In this document: positions 40,217 to 50,806 of the stretch, piece by piece
How the letters are laid out: each line of letters begins with the position of its first letter
Numbering within the stretch: position 1 is the first letter of the stretch
Source of the DNA: Chitinivibrionales bacterium
Lineage (GTDB): Bacteria; Fibrobacterota; Chitinivibrionia; Chitinivibrionales; WJKA01
DNA length: 64,000 nucleotides
Assembly: GCA_038247415.1 (NCBI GenBank)
Contig: JBBRUX010000014.1
Span: 12,758-76,757 of the forward strand
Reading direction: 5' to 3'
Translations under genes and position numbers: made by a program
Notes under the pieces: generated by a model
Seen by the model: the letters and a program-made list of their open reading frames with translations, nothing else
What the model was told of the DNA's origin: nothing
The model's database searches: none

Positions 40217-43200
40217 ATGCTAGAAAAAATTATAGAATGGTCAATTAAAAATCGCATCTTGGTGCTCTTGTGCACCGTACTTGTTATTGTGGGGGGGGGC
40301 TATTCGCTCTTTACAACCCCCGTGGATGCCATTCCCGATTTAAGCGATGTTCAGGTGATTGTATATACCGAAAATCAAGGGCAATCCCCGCGCGTCATAG
40401 AGGATCAGGTTACCTATCCCCTTACGACGTCGCTTGTTTCGGTTCCCGGTGCCAAGGTTGTGCGCGGGTATTCCTTTTTTGGCTATTCTTTGGTATATGT
40501 CATTTTCGAAGATGGGACCGATATTTACTGGGCGCGAAGCAGAGTACTGGAGTATCTTAATTATGCTCAAAAAAAACTGCCAGAGGGTGTTGTACCAACC
40601 TTGGGCCCCGATGCCTCGGGGGTGGGATGGGTGTATGAATATGCTTTGACATCAGACAAACGATCCCTTGCAGAATTACGCACCTATCAGGATTGGCATC
40701 TTAAGTATGGCCTTTCTAGTGTAGTTGGGGTTTCGGAGGTCGCAAGTATTGGAGGATTTACAAAGCAGTATCAGGTAACCGTTGATCCTGCGAAATTGTC
40801 TGCATACAATATTTCTCTAGCTGCTGTGGAAATGGCGATAAAAAATGGTAACAACGATGGCGGAGGAGAAGTTGTAGAGCTTGGGGAAATGGAATTCATG
40901 ATTAGAGGCATTGGGTATATTTCGTCAATCGATGATATTAAGAAAATCCCAGTTGCCTCATCTATGGGCCAGCCTGTGGCACGTTCTGCCAGTGGTATGG
41001 GAGCTTCACAAACAGGAGGATTTGCCGGATATGCTGGTGCGCCTGTGCGTATTGGGGATATTGCCGATGTGGCGCTCGGGCCGCACATGCGCAGAGGTGT
41101 TGCCGAACTAGATGGAACTGGCGAAGTTGTGGGTGGTATTGTTGTCATGCGCTATGGACAAAACGCGCGATCCATTATTAAAGCCGTTGAGAAAAAAATA
41201 GAGGAACTTAAAACTGGGTTGCCACCTGATGTAAAGATTATTCCTGTATACGATCGTTCGGCTCTGATCGATAGAGCAATCGATAATCTTTCGCATAAAC
41301 TTATCGAAGAAATAATTATTGTTGCGCTTGTGTGTCTTGTTTTCCTGTTTCATGCCCGCAGCGCGTTTGTTGCTGTAATAACGCTACCCGTTGCAATTCT
41401 CATGTCGTTTATTGTCATGCGATTTCAAGGGCTTAATGCTACAATTATGTCGCTTGGAGGAATCGCAATTGCAATAGGAGCAATGGTTGACGCTGCAATA
41501 ATCATGATAGAGAATGCACATAAGCATCTGGAGCATAATGCCCTGCTTCCTGAACAAGAGCGAAAGCCGCAGTGGGATATTATTCTCGATGCGTCAAAAG
41601 AAGTTGGGCCCGCACTTTTTTGGTCGCTTCTGGTCATAACTGTTTCATTTGTGCCAGTGTTTACCTTGCAGGCGCAGGAAGGTCGGCTTTTTAAGCCCTT
41701 GGCCTTTACAAAAACGTATGCAATGGGAGCTGCTGCATTTCTAGCAGTTACCCTTGTTCCAGTTTTAATGGGCTTTTTTGTGCGGGGCAAAATCCGGCCC
41801 GAAACTGCAAATCCTATCAACCGTTTTCTTATCCGGGTATATCACCCTATTGTTAAATTAATCCTTAAGCACCCCAAAACAGTAATTGGGCTTGCAGTGC
41901 TTGTTGTTGGCATTTCGGTTATTCCTTATTCTAAGCTTGGATCGGAGTTCATGCCTCCTTTGTATGAGGGCGATCTCTTATACATGCCCACAACCTTGCC
42001 TGGTGTTTCGGTTGCAAAAGCAAAACAGCTCCTACAGCAAACCGATAAGATCATTGCATCGTTTCCTGAAGTAAAGAGAGTCTTTGGAAAAGCCGGCAGA
42101 GCAGAAACCGCCACCGATCCTGCTGGTCTTGATATGTTGGAAACAGTGATAATGCTTAAACCGCAAAAAGAATGGCGCAGCGGGATGACGCCCGAGAAGC
42201 TCATTGATCAATTAGATGCTGCCATAAAATTTCCCGGACTTACCAATTCATGGACAATGCCTATTAAAACTCGAACCGACATGCTGAGTACGGGTATCAA
42301 GACTCCTGTTGGTATTAAAATTTCTGGGGCTAATCTTGACACGTTGCAAAAAATTGGTGAACAGATAGAAGCGGTAGTACGGATGGCTCCGCATACTACA
42401 TCGGCATTTGCAGAACGTGCGGTTGGAGGTAAATATCTCGATGTCGTTATTAATCGTGATGCAGCCGGGCGATACGGACTTAATATTAGTGATGTCCAAT
42501 CGGTTATTGCAACGGCCCTTGGTGGCATGAGTATTACCACAACAGTAGAAGGATTGCAGCGGTATACGGTAAACCTAAGGTACGGACGAGAACTGCGCGA
42601 CAATATCGATAAAGTAAAGCATGTTCTCGTTAGTGCCCCCAATGGGATGCAAGTCCCACTTGGAGAAATTGCAGATATAAACCCCAGCAATGGGCCGATG
42701 GTTATTCGATCTGAAGGAAGCAGGCCCAACGCATGGGTATTTGTTGATGTCAGAGGTATTGATTTGGGCACCTATGTGCGCACTGCACAAAAAATAGTTG
42801 CTGCACATGTCAACTTACCCGTAGGCTATACCGTTACCTGGAGCGGTGAATGGGAATACATGCAACGGTCTCAAAAAAGATTGATGATGGTAATTCCCCT
42901 AACTCTCTTTATCATTTTTATTATTATATTCCTTAATACCAAGTCTCTTGCTAAAACGGGAATTGTTTTTCTTGCAGTGCCTTTTTCTCTTGTTGGGGCT
43001 TTCTGGTTTTTATTTATCCTCGATTACAATATGAGTTTGGCTGTGTGGGTTGGTATTATTGCCCTTGCGGGGCTGGATGCTGAAACGGGCGTTATCATGC
43101 TTTTGTACCTCGATCATGCGTATGACGATGCGAAAAAGCGGGGAGCACATTCCCTGCAAGATTTACGTGATGCAATTGACGTTGGAGCAGTTAAGCGAGT

Positions 43201-43393
43201 GCGTCCTAAAATTATGACGGCAACAGTTATCCTTGCTGGTCTTTTGCCCATCATGTGGAGCAATGGAACCGGATCGGACGTTATGAAGAGGATTGCTGCA
43301 CCCATGGTAGGCGGTGTTATTACATCGGTGCTTATGGAATTACTTGTGTATCCGGCGATCTTTTTCTTGTGGAAGAAGAGGAGCGTGCGATAG
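40217..43393 (+). CDS. cusA: CusA/SilA-type Cu/Ag RND efflux pump
   Basis: DAIPDLSDVQVI, EFMPPLYEGDLLYMP, WTMPIKTRTDMLSTG, RVRPKIMT, MKRIAAPMVGG. Confidence 0.96.
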   Translation: MLEKIIEWSIKNRILVLLCTVLVIVGGGYSLFTTPVDAIPDLSDVQVIVYTENQGQSPRVIEDQVTYPLTTSLVSVPGAKVVRGYSFFGYSLVYVIFEDGTDIYWARSRVLEYLNYAQKKLPEGVVPTLGPDASGVGWVYEYALTSDKRSLAELRTYQDWHLKYGLSSVVGVSEVASIGGFTKQYQVTVDPAKLSAYNISLAAVEMAIKNGNNDGGGEVVELGEMEFMIRGIGYISSIDDIKKIPVASSMGQPVARSASGMGASQTGGFAGYAGAPVRIGDIADVALGPHMRRGVAELDGTGEVVGGIVVMRYGQNARSIIKAVEKKIEELKTGLPPDVKIIPVYDRSALIDRAIDNLSHKLIEEIIIVALVCLVFLFHARSAFVAVITLPVAILMSFIVMRFQGLNATIMSLGGIAIAIGAMVDAAIIMIENAHKHLEHNALLPEQERKPQWDIILDASKEVGPALFWSLLVITVSFVPVFTLQAQEGRLFKPLAFTKTYAMGAAAFLAVTLVPVLMGFFVRGKIRPETANPINRFLIRVYHPIVKLILKHPKTVIGLAVLVVGISVIPYSKLGSEFMPPLYEGDLLYMPTTLPGVSVAKAKQLLQQTDKIIASFPEVKRVFGKAGRAETATDPAGLDMLETVIMLKPQKEWRSGMTPEKLIDQLDAAIKFPGLTNSWTMPIKTRTDMLSTGIKTPVGIKISGANLDTLQKIGEQIEAVVRMAPHTTSAFAERAVGGKYLDVVINRDAAGRYGLNISDVQSVIATALGGMSITTTVEGLQRYTVNLRYGRELRDNIDKVKHVLVSAPNGMQVPLGEIADINPSNGPMVIRSEGSRPNAWVFVDVRGIDLGTYVRTAQKIVAAHVNLPVGYTVTWSGEWEYMQRSQKRLMMVIPLTLFIIFIIIFLNTKSLAKTGIVFLAVPFSLVGAFWFLFILDYNMSLAVWVGIIALAGLDAETGVIMLLYLDHAYDDAKKRGAHSLQDLRDAIDVGAVKRVRPKIMTATVILAGLLPIMWSNGTGSDVMKRIAAPMVGGVITSVLMELLVYPAIFFLWKKRSVR

Positions 43394-43526
43394 CTTCGGC
43401 GTGGTTCAAAGCCTCAAAATGCTCCCGAAGCGTTTTCCCGCCGATCGTCAGCCCCCGGTTGACGACAAGCTCTGTTTCTCTCAGAGTGAGAGTATTGCCT
43501 TCGATGGCGTTTGAGTTATAAGTCCA
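43389..43526 (-). pseudogene. Fic-family gene fragment
   Basis: WTYNSNAIEGNTLTLRETELVVNRGLTIGGKTLREHFEALNHAEAI; no start and no HPFxDGNGR motif. Confidence 0.85.
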
Positions 43527-43997
43527 CCAAAACATACCGGAGGCAATTATACGGCATAATTGAAGCTGTGCTGTTACCGGATGCATTTTTAGGGTCCAAA
43601 ATTCATACGTTGATCAACAGTAATGCCGGCCTGCATATTCAGGGAACATGATGCTGTAGAAAGACCCCGATTGAATTGTCAGAATACAAATACCATAAAC
43701 CTCTGGCAAACTCCTCGTTGGAAAATCGATCGTTTACCTATTTCTGATGAAATAATAAATATTCTTAAAATATGGCCATACGATCAAACGATTATCATTC
43801 TTCCCTATAGTAAGAAAACTGTAACAGGCGCGGAACATTCCGAAGCTGAAGTATAAAAACTATTCGAGGACAGTGCCTCAATCTCCAGCAGCGCTGTGCA
43901 AGCAAGTCTCAAAATCAGCCAACTGTTGACCAAGTTTTTGAAAGTTTCTGGAGCCATTTCATTAGAATCATTAAAATTTGCACAGAATAACGTCTCC

Positions 43998-44017
43998 TGT
44001 TGACTGGCCAGTCAACA
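43998..44017. promoter_or_regulatory. Perfect 20-bp palindrome, candidate operator
   Basis: TGTTGACTGGCCAGTCAACA centred 62.5 bp before ATG 44070; TATATT at 44058-44063. Confidence 0.65.
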
Positions 44018-44069
44018 CATGTTTCAATAAAGCCCACACGAAGCGCAACTTATACGCTATATTTCCTGT

Positions 44070-44930
44070 ATGGCTATCACAGACCCTACACTTTTTGATT
44101 ATTTGGATTACCGAGAATTCCTTCGGGATTTCTTTAAGGAGCAGAAACGTCGGCACTTCTACTACTCTTTTCGCTATATTGCACAAAAGACTGGTATAGA
44201 CCCGGCACATCTTGCGCGGGTTTTTCAGAGCAAGCGCCATTTATCGCAGAAGAGTCTGGATTCGATTGTTTCCTTGTTGAAACTCACCGATGACGAGCAA
44301 GTTTTTTTCACGCGGCTTTTTGCCTTTAACACAGCCCGAACCGAACGCGAGGCTAAGCGGGCATTTGAGGAGATCCTCGCTTTCGGAGGCGTCAAATCCA
44401 AAACGCTGCACGCCGGGCAATTTCGTTTCTATACAAAATGGTACTATACGGCAGTACGCGCCCTTATTGCCATGCGATTATTTACCGAGCGAGACTACGC
44501 TGCCATCGCGCGAAGTCTGAGTCCGTCAATTTCACTGTCTGAGGCTAAGGATGCTGTCCGTTTGCTCCTGGAACTCGGTCTTGTTGAAACAGGTTCTGAT
44601 GGAATTTTGAGAGTGCTCGATACGCACATCAGTACCGGCCCTAAGTGGCGCTCGATCGCTGTTAAAGCATTTCATTCGGAGACTATAAAGCTTGCGGGTG
44701 AATCTATTGAGCGGCATCCGCGCGAAGTTAGGGACATATCAACAGTTACCGTAGGGATCAAACGCAGCCGAATGGATGAAATTCGTCAGCGGATTGTTGA
44801 ATTTCGTTCGTCAATTATGCATCTTGCAGAAGAAGACACCGATCCCGATGAAGTTTACCAATTGAATATTCAACTCTTTCCCTTGACTGATACCTCAAGC
44901 AAAAAGGGGCATGGCGATGAAGTGTTGTAA
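44070..44930 (+). CDS. TIGR02147/DUF4423-family HTH protein
   Basis: LFDYLDYREFLRDFF, SFRYIAQKTG HTH, KWYYTAVRAL, RDISTVTVGI, VYQLNIQLFPL. Confidence 0.88.
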   Translation: MAITDPTLFDYLDYREFLRDFFKEQKRRHFYYSFRYIAQKTGIDPAHLARVFQSKRHLSQKSLDSIVSLLKLTDDEQVFFTRLFAFNTARTEREAKRAFEEILAFGGVKSKTLHAGQFRFYTKWYYTAVRALIAMRLFTERDYAAIARSLSPSISLSEAKDAVRLLLELGLVETGSDGILRVLDTHISTGPKWRSIAVKAFHSETIKLAGESIERHPREVRDISTVTVGIKRSRMDEIRQRIVEFRSSIMHLAEEDTDPDEVYQLNIQLFPLTDTSSKKGHGDEVL

Positions 44931-46449
44931 GCCCGTCGGCTTCCTGATTGCCATTGCAGCAGTAACGCTTGTTCGCTGCTCCAATACTACAAATGTTGCG
45001 GGGAATAGCAGCTCCGAAACAACCAATGGCGTTACCGCCGCAATTGTCTATTCCAACGGAACCCCTGCAGCTCATGCTGTCGTGCGAGTACGAGCGAGCG
45101 ACTACCTTGCCGATACAACTGTAGCTCTTGCTAAAAGCCTTACAATGAGCGATGATATTCTCACTGATGATTTTGGTCGCTTTAAGATCGATTCTCTTGA
45201 CACCGGTAAATATCTGATCGAGGCGGTTGATGCATATGGTAATGCCGTTGCGATTCCATTCACAGTTATCAAAGATTCTTTGGTCAACCTCGGTAATCGG
45301 ACCCTTTCGCCGATGGGGACGATTGCAGGATCGGCGGGTGGGCCTTTTGTGAAAGCAGTAGTGCGCGTACGTGGACTCGAACGCGGTGTGCGGCTTGATC
45401 GGGATGGACGATTTGCAGTTACGGTTCCTTCGGGTCAATCATACATCGTCAACTTTTCCACACAAGATTCATCAGCCGACCTGACCCCTACGCAGCCCAT
45501 TGCGTCATCGCAATCGGTGGTTGTCAACGCAGACTTCGGCCATTACCGGACCGATTCGCTGGCAGTGCGGGCGTTTCTTGATAGTTCGGGATTACAAGCG
45601 GTGAGGGTCGATTCGGTAACGGTTGTGAGTTCACCGGTACGCCGGATCACTGCACTGCACCTGACGGATCGGAATCTGTACGTTCTCCATCAGTCCATTG
45701 GGTCGCTCGTATTCCTTAATGAGCTAAGGCTCAGCGGCAATAAGCTCACCGATCTTCCCGCAACGCTTGCGCGCCTCTCTCATCTGTATCATTTGTATAT
45801 CGATAGTTTACCGATGACACGGCTGCCGGATTGCGTGGCGCAGATTCGTTCGCTTACGCTTCTTGACATTAATAATACGCAGATTACTACGCTGCCAACC
45901 TCTCTGAGTGCGTGCACGTCGCTCAACGTCATCTCGATGCGCGGTACCGGGGCCACGGAGTTTCCGATGGTCGTCGTGTCGATGTCGTGGATGTCCACGC
46001 TTAATATCAGTGAGAATCCAATAAGCACGATACCCTCTGGAATCGGCGCATGCACCTCTTTGCAGCATATAGAGTTTCACGATACCCAGATCGACTCTCT
46101 GCCTGCATCTATCGGGACGCTTCGAAATCTGCGTAGCATATTTGCTTATCGAAGCCGCCTAACCACTCTCCCTGCATCAATCGGTATGCTGAGTGCCCTG
46201 GAAATAGTGGGAGTTGGTAGCTGCGTTCTAAACTCGCTTCCACCCGAACTTGGGGACTGCGCGGCACTCAAGATATTGAATTTGGATAACAATGCGCTGG
46301 ATTCGCTTCCGGCCAAGATCACCAATCTTACAGCTCTTACGAGCTTGACAATCGCCGGAAACCATCTCTGCACGCTTCCGACGGCCATCGCTGCCTGGGC
46401 CGATACGTATGCAGAACCATCGTGGCGAACAAATCAAACATGCCCCTAG
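44917..46449 (+). CDS. Lipoprotein with carboxypeptidase-regulatory-like domains and leucine-rich repeats
   Basis: Lipobox LVRC; AGNSSSETTNG; TDDFGRFKI..GKYLIE; about ten LxxLxLxxNxLxxLP repeats; alternative start 44911. Confidence 0.85.
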   Translation: MKCCKPVGFLIAIAAVTLVRCSNTTNVAGNSSSETTNGVTAAIVYSNGTPAAHAVVRVRASDYLADTTVALAKSLTMSDDILTDDFGRFKIDSLDTGKYLIEAVDAYGNAVAIPFTVIKDSLVNLGNRTLSPMGTIAGSAGGPFVKAVVRVRGLERGVRLDRDGRFAVTVPSGQSYIVNFSTQDSSADLTPTQPIASSQSVVVNADFGHYRTDSLAVRAFLDSSGLQAVRVDSVTVVSSPVRRITALHLTDRNLYVLHQSIGSLVFLNELRLSGNKLTDLPATLARLSHLYHLYIDSLPMTRLPDCVAQIRSLTLLDINNTQITTLPTSLSACTSLNVISMRGTGATEFPMVVVSMSWMSTLNISENPISTIPSGIGACTSLQHIEFHDTQIDSLPASIGTLRNLRSIFAYRSRLTTLPASIGMLSALEIVGVGSCVLNSLPPELGDCAALKILNLDNNALDSLPAKITNLTALTSLTIAGNHLCTLPTAIAAWADTYAEPSWRTNQTCP

Positions 46450-46590
46450 AAGGAGAGTATCTCGTATGATTTCATTGCATTGCGGTTCTGCGCCTTAGCG
46501 CCAGCAAAAAAAAACAAATTCCTAAAACTATTCGTTTCAACATGCGCAAAAAAGCGCCCTTAATATCATTTTGTCCAAAGGAGAAGCAGT

Positions 46591-48402
46591 ATGAAAAACG
46601 TTCCTCAACTAACGACACTATTGACGCGAAGGATTTCGCTGACAATCATGGCGCTAAGTTTTGTTCTGGTTGGCGCTTGGACATCAGTTGGCGCGGCACG
46701 CTTCGGAATCAACCTCGGTGGACTGTCGCCCTACGCAACCGAATTCGTCTATAAAGATCTTGTCAAGACGATGGGAGCGCAGCGAAAGGGCACGGGATTT
46801 ACAGAAGAACAGTTTGATACCAATGGGTATCCGAAATTCCTGAATGCTGGTCAATCAATCGAACTTTACTTTGGAGATGGAACGGGGCAGATATGGCCCG
46901 TTGGCGATTATCACGTTTTTTATGATGGTGAAGGGACCGTATCAGAAAAAACCGGTTCTGCAATACTTAAACAAACGGTAAGTCCAGGTCATCAGATCTG
47001 GACGGTTATTCATGGGTCAGCCGATGGATTGAAATTTTCTATCGATGCAACCACCTCTTCAAACTACCTCAAAAATTTGAGGATCATACTTCCAGGCTTC
47101 GAGAACAATTATCAGGCTGATCCAATCCATCCAAGCTTCAAACAGCTATGGTCGGGTGTCTCAGCCTTCAGATTCATGGACTGGATGGGGACAAATGGCT
47201 CCACCGCCACTCGTTGGAATCAGATCCCCTCGGCGGGCTATCTTGCGCTTGGCTATAACGGCATGTGGGGAGGTCAAACTTTTTCCTCGGATCGATACAA
47301 CGGCTCACCTGAGCTGGCTGTTCAAGTGTGTAACGCTATGAACGCCGATATGTGGATCTGCATGCCGGCACATGCTTCGGACGATTGCATCCAGCATCTG
47401 GCGCAACTCGTCAAAAATAACCTGAACGGGAATCTCAAGGTCTACATCGAGTATTCGAATGAATGCTGGAACTGGATTTTTGAGCAGACTGGCTATTGCC
47501 GCGACCAGGGGGTTGAGTTGGGGTTGACCACAGGTGGAGCGCTTGAATACTACGTCTACCGTAGCGGACAGATGTTCAAGATCTGGGAAGACGTCTGGGG
47601 AACTTCCAAGTCTCGCGTAGTTAATGTTTTCGCTTGGCAGACTACAACCTCCAATCCCGAAACATGGATCAATACGGCAATCAACACCTGGTACAAGAAC
47701 AATCCCAAATACAATCCAGCCGGCGCTTTACCGGAGTTCTATGCAAATGCTCCCTACATTTGGGACAAAGATCAAACGGCTTCGAGCGTCGATCAACTTT
47801 TCGCGGGAATCAACGATGACATGAGTGTCGATTTCAACATCATGAGCTCCCAGAAAAGCTTCGCGGATGACAACGGGCTTGAGTATGGATGCTACGAGGC
47901 AGGGCAGCATTATAGTTCGTACGGCCAGAATGAGGCTCTTGACAATAGCGTATTCATTCCCGCCAACCGTGACATGCGGATGAAAACGGCGTATGAGGCC
48001 TATCTGGGCTATTGGAAGAACACCATCGGCGCGGGGTTGATGATGCTTTACTCTTCTTGTGGCACCTACAGCAAATACGGTTCGTGGGGCATTCTTGAGA
48101 GATACAACCAGGACATCACCACTTCGCCAAAGTATATGGCTGTCAAAGGCATTATGAACCTTGGCCAATCCACCACAGTTCGACCAGTCCTTCCCAACAA
48201 CTCTAAATCCGCCGGCTTTGGCAAGCCATCCAACCTACAAGCAAGCGCACGTGCGGGGATAATGGTTGACATACAAGGTCGATCTGTCAGTTTTGCACAA
48301 GGAAGCCAAAGCTCTGGACCCGGCGTGATTATCACTAAATTGACAGGAAATAACAATTCGACAAAATGCATTCTGGTTTCAAAAAAGAACTTTTCACGTT
48401 AA
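46591..48402 (+). CDS. Secreted putative clan GH-A-like glycoside hydrolase with T9SS-like tail
   Basis: Signal peptide; FRFMDWMGTN, YIEYSNECWN, YEAGQH; VDIQGR tail. Confidence 0.65.
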   Translation: MKNVPQLTTLLTRRISLTIMALSFVLVGAWTSVGAARFGINLGGLSPYATEFVYKDLVKTMGAQRKGTGFTEEQFDTNGYPKFLNAGQSIELYFGDGTGQIWPVGDYHVFYDGEGTVSEKTGSAILKQTVSPGHQIWTVIHGSADGLKFSIDATTSSNYLKNLRIILPGFENNYQADPIHPSFKQLWSGVSAFRFMDWMGTNGSTATRWNQIPSAGYLALGYNGMWGGQTFSSDRYNGSPELAVQVCNAMNADMWICMPAHASDDCIQHLAQLVKNNLNGNLKVYIEYSNECWNWIFEQTGYCRDQGVELGLTTGGALEYYVYRSGQMFKIWEDVWGTSKSRVVNVFAWQTTTSNPETWINTAINTWYKNNPKYNPAGALPEFYANAPYIWDKDQTASSVDQLFAGINDDMSVDFNIMSSQKSFADDNGLEYGCYEAGQHYSSYGQNEALDNSVFIPANRDMRMKTAYEAYLGYWKNTIGAGLMMLYSSCGTYSKYGSWGILERYNQDITTSPKYMAVKGIMNLGQSTTVRPVLPNNSKSAGFGKPSNLQASARAGIMVDIQGRSVSFAQGSQSSGPGVIITKLTGNNNSTKCILVSKKNFSR

Positions 48403-48427
48403 AACAAGTATTCAATGGGAGGTATCC

Positions 48428-50806
48428 ATGAAAGACACATGCAAATATATGTCAATACATCTATCCGGTCGGAAGTGGGAATTTCCCTCTTTTGCAGTGT
48501 TCCTGCTTATTACGCTGTGTGCTCTGCCAAGCAACGTCCATGGGCAAATGAATGTCGGCTTTAACTTCTGGAGTCTTGACTGGGGATCATCTTCGGCAGG
48601 TGATCCGAAGTATAACTACTTTGCTCACAATGTCAATTGGACAACCACGACCAATCCCTGGAACCCTACCTTCATCGCCGAAATCCAACAAGCCCAGGCC
48701 AAATGCCTTCGATTCATGGACTGGGGGGTGACCAACAGCAGCACCGTCGCTTCATGGAGCCAGCGAATCGCCAAAACGGCCAATCATTACACCGGCGCAA
48801 CGCTGCCCCAGACTGGCGGTGGCCAATCGGGCGTCGCCTACGAATGGATGATTGACCTGTGCAATCGTGTGAATGCGGATCTGTGGGTTTGTGTTCCCCA
48901 TATGACAGATGCAAATTATTCCAACCAACTCGCCACCTTGATCAAGAATAACCTCAACGCTAACCTGAAGGTGTATGTTGAGTACTCAAATGAATGCTGG
49001 AATGATGGTTTCAATCAAACGGGCTGGCTGGATGCCCAGAGAAATATCAATGGGCTCGCCAATCCGCTCAAATGGAATGGCAAAAATATTTATGGTTTTG
49101 GTAACGGTGGAGATTGCCGATGGTCGGAATATGTGTACTTTGCTTGCAAAACGATGAATGAGTTCAATAAGGTCTTTGGTGATAATAGCTCGCGAGTTGT
49201 TAAGGTGTTATCTGGGCAGGCCGGATGGGGCGGCGGCGGCAGCACCAATGACATGTGCGAATACCACATGGCTTGCTCTCAAAGTCCGATATGCAATCCG
49301 TGGGGAGTCAAGATAGATGCGTATGCAATAGCGCCTTATTGGAACGCAAGCGAGCATACGCCCCTGGGCACCGAAGCATCGATGCGGGCAAGTCTTGCTG
49401 ATTGCGTTCATTTCCTGGACAACACGCAAACTGCGTTGACAGGTTCGGGTATTCCCCTTATTTGCTATGAAGGGGGACCGGATAATTTCAGTATTGAAAG
49501 TATCTCCAACAGCCCTTTTCAGGAACAGCTCACCCTCGATGCGCTGAATGCATTTCAGGCGAAAGTCCAGGGCATATTTATCTGGTACACTCTTATCGGG
49601 CAAGTGTGGGGGCTTAAGGTGCAAGTCGGTGATGATCCTTCGGTATCGCCAAAGTGGCGCGGGTACATGACTTGGTTGAATACGTCAAGTACGTCACCTG
49701 CGTCAATTACAGTTGAGCCATCCAACGATTCAATTTTCCCCGGCTCAACTGCCTCCTTCTCGGTCTCTGCTATCGGGACAACGCCCGTTTCGTATCAATG
49801 GAGAAAAAATGGTGTGGTCATCGCCGGTGATACAGCGTCAACACTCACTTTGTTTAATGTGCAAGCAATAGACAACAATGCGAAGTATAGCGTTATTGTC
49901 AAGAATGCATTTGGAGCGGATACGAGTAGGGACGCAATTCTTATTGTCAAAGCCTTTGATGGGTTGCAGATCCAAAAGACCTCGGGTGCGCCAGTTATGG
50001 ACGGAAGCGAGAGTGCACAGTGGCAAGGCGTTGCACCACAGTCTGTTGCACACGCATTGGCAGGCGCTCCTAGCAGCGCTGCGGACTTTTCGGTTCAGTT
50101 CAAGGCACTGTGGGATGCATCCAATCTCTATGTCTTTGTCAAGATTTCCGATGGCATCGCCTATAATTCGGCAACGGTGGCATATCAAAATGATGGCATG
50201 GAAATTTATGTTGATGGCGATAACAGTAAGGGATCATCCTATGACGCCAACGATATTCAGTATCGCATCGTACGTGGCAAGGTCGCGCTTGAGGCATCGG
50301 ATCCCAGCAAGACCACGGGTGTTGTGGTGGTTCAGAAAGAAATTGCTGGAGGGTATAGCGCAGCCTTCACCATTCCCTGGACAACGATCGGGACCACCGC
50401 TGTTGCATCAAAGCTGATGGGTCTTGAAGTTCACGCTTTTGACAATGACGGCACGCCTGAGCGCAAAACGGTTCTTGCATGGGCAGGAACAACCGACAAC
50501 GCGTGGAATACGCCTTCTGCATTCGGCACGGCAAAGCTCTCCGATGCTACTACCCGGGTGATGCATTCAAATATATCCTCGGTGAGTACCTTGACGCAAT
50601 CGTATCTTCTCGCGTCACTGAGAAATGGAGTTGTCAGAGACGACAGAATTCGGTCGATGGCTCTGTATGATATGAGTGGACGTTTGATGTGGCAAAGTTC
50701 ACAAACCCACACGAGTTCTATGCCATATCTGAATAAAGGCATTTTTCTTTGCAGGGTAATCCAATCTAATGGTGTTTCAAATGCTTTTAACTTTGTCAAT
50801 AAATGA
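48428..50806 (+). CDS. Secreted GH-A-like hydrolase + Ig-like + CBM9-like domain + T9SS-like tail
   Basis: LRFMDWGVTN, YVEYSNECWN, YEGG; SYQWRKNG Ig motif; LWDASNLYV..DGMEIYVDGDN; YDMSGR. Confidence 0.7.
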   Translation: MKDTCKYMSIHLSGRKWEFPSFAVFLLITLCALPSNVHGQMNVGFNFWSLDWGSSSAGDPKYNYFAHNVNWTTTTNPWNPTFIAEIQQAQAKCLRFMDWGVTNSSTVASWSQRIAKTANHYTGATLPQTGGGQSGVAYEWMIDLCNRVNADLWVCVPHMTDANYSNQLATLIKNNLNANLKVYVEYSNECWNDGFNQTGWLDAQRNINGLANPLKWNGKNIYGFGNGGDCRWSEYVYFACKTMNEFNKVFGDNSSRVVKVLSGQAGWGGGGSTNDMCEYHMACSQSPICNPWGVKIDAYAIAPYWNASEHTPLGTEASMRASLADCVHFLDNTQTALTGSGIPLICYEGGPDNFSIESISNSPFQEQLTLDALNAFQAKVQGIFIWYTLIGQVWGLKVQVGDDPSVSPKWRGYMTWLNTSSTSPASITVEPSNDSIFPGSTASFSVSAIGTTPVSYQWRKNGVVIAGDTASTLTLFNVQAIDNNAKYSVIVKNAFGADTSRDAILIVKAFDGLQIQKTSGAPVMDGSESAQWQGVAPQSVAHALAGAPSSAADFSVQFKALWDASNLYVFVKISDGIAYNSATVAYQNDGMEIYVDGDNSKGSSYDANDIQYRIVRGKVALEASDPSKTTGVVVVQKEIAGGYSAAFTIPWTTIGTTAVASKLMGLEVHAFDNDGTPERKTVLAWAGTTDNAWNTPSAFGTAKLSDATTRVMHSNISSVSTLTQSYLLASLRNGVVRDDRIRSMALYDMSGRLMWQSSQTHTSSMPYLNKGIFLCRVIQSNGVSNAFNFVNK

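Noticed and set aside
43560..43990. Gene remnants or IS ends between the Fic fragment and TIGR02147
   Set aside because: No recognisable protein motif, terminal inverted repeats or transposase could be identified.
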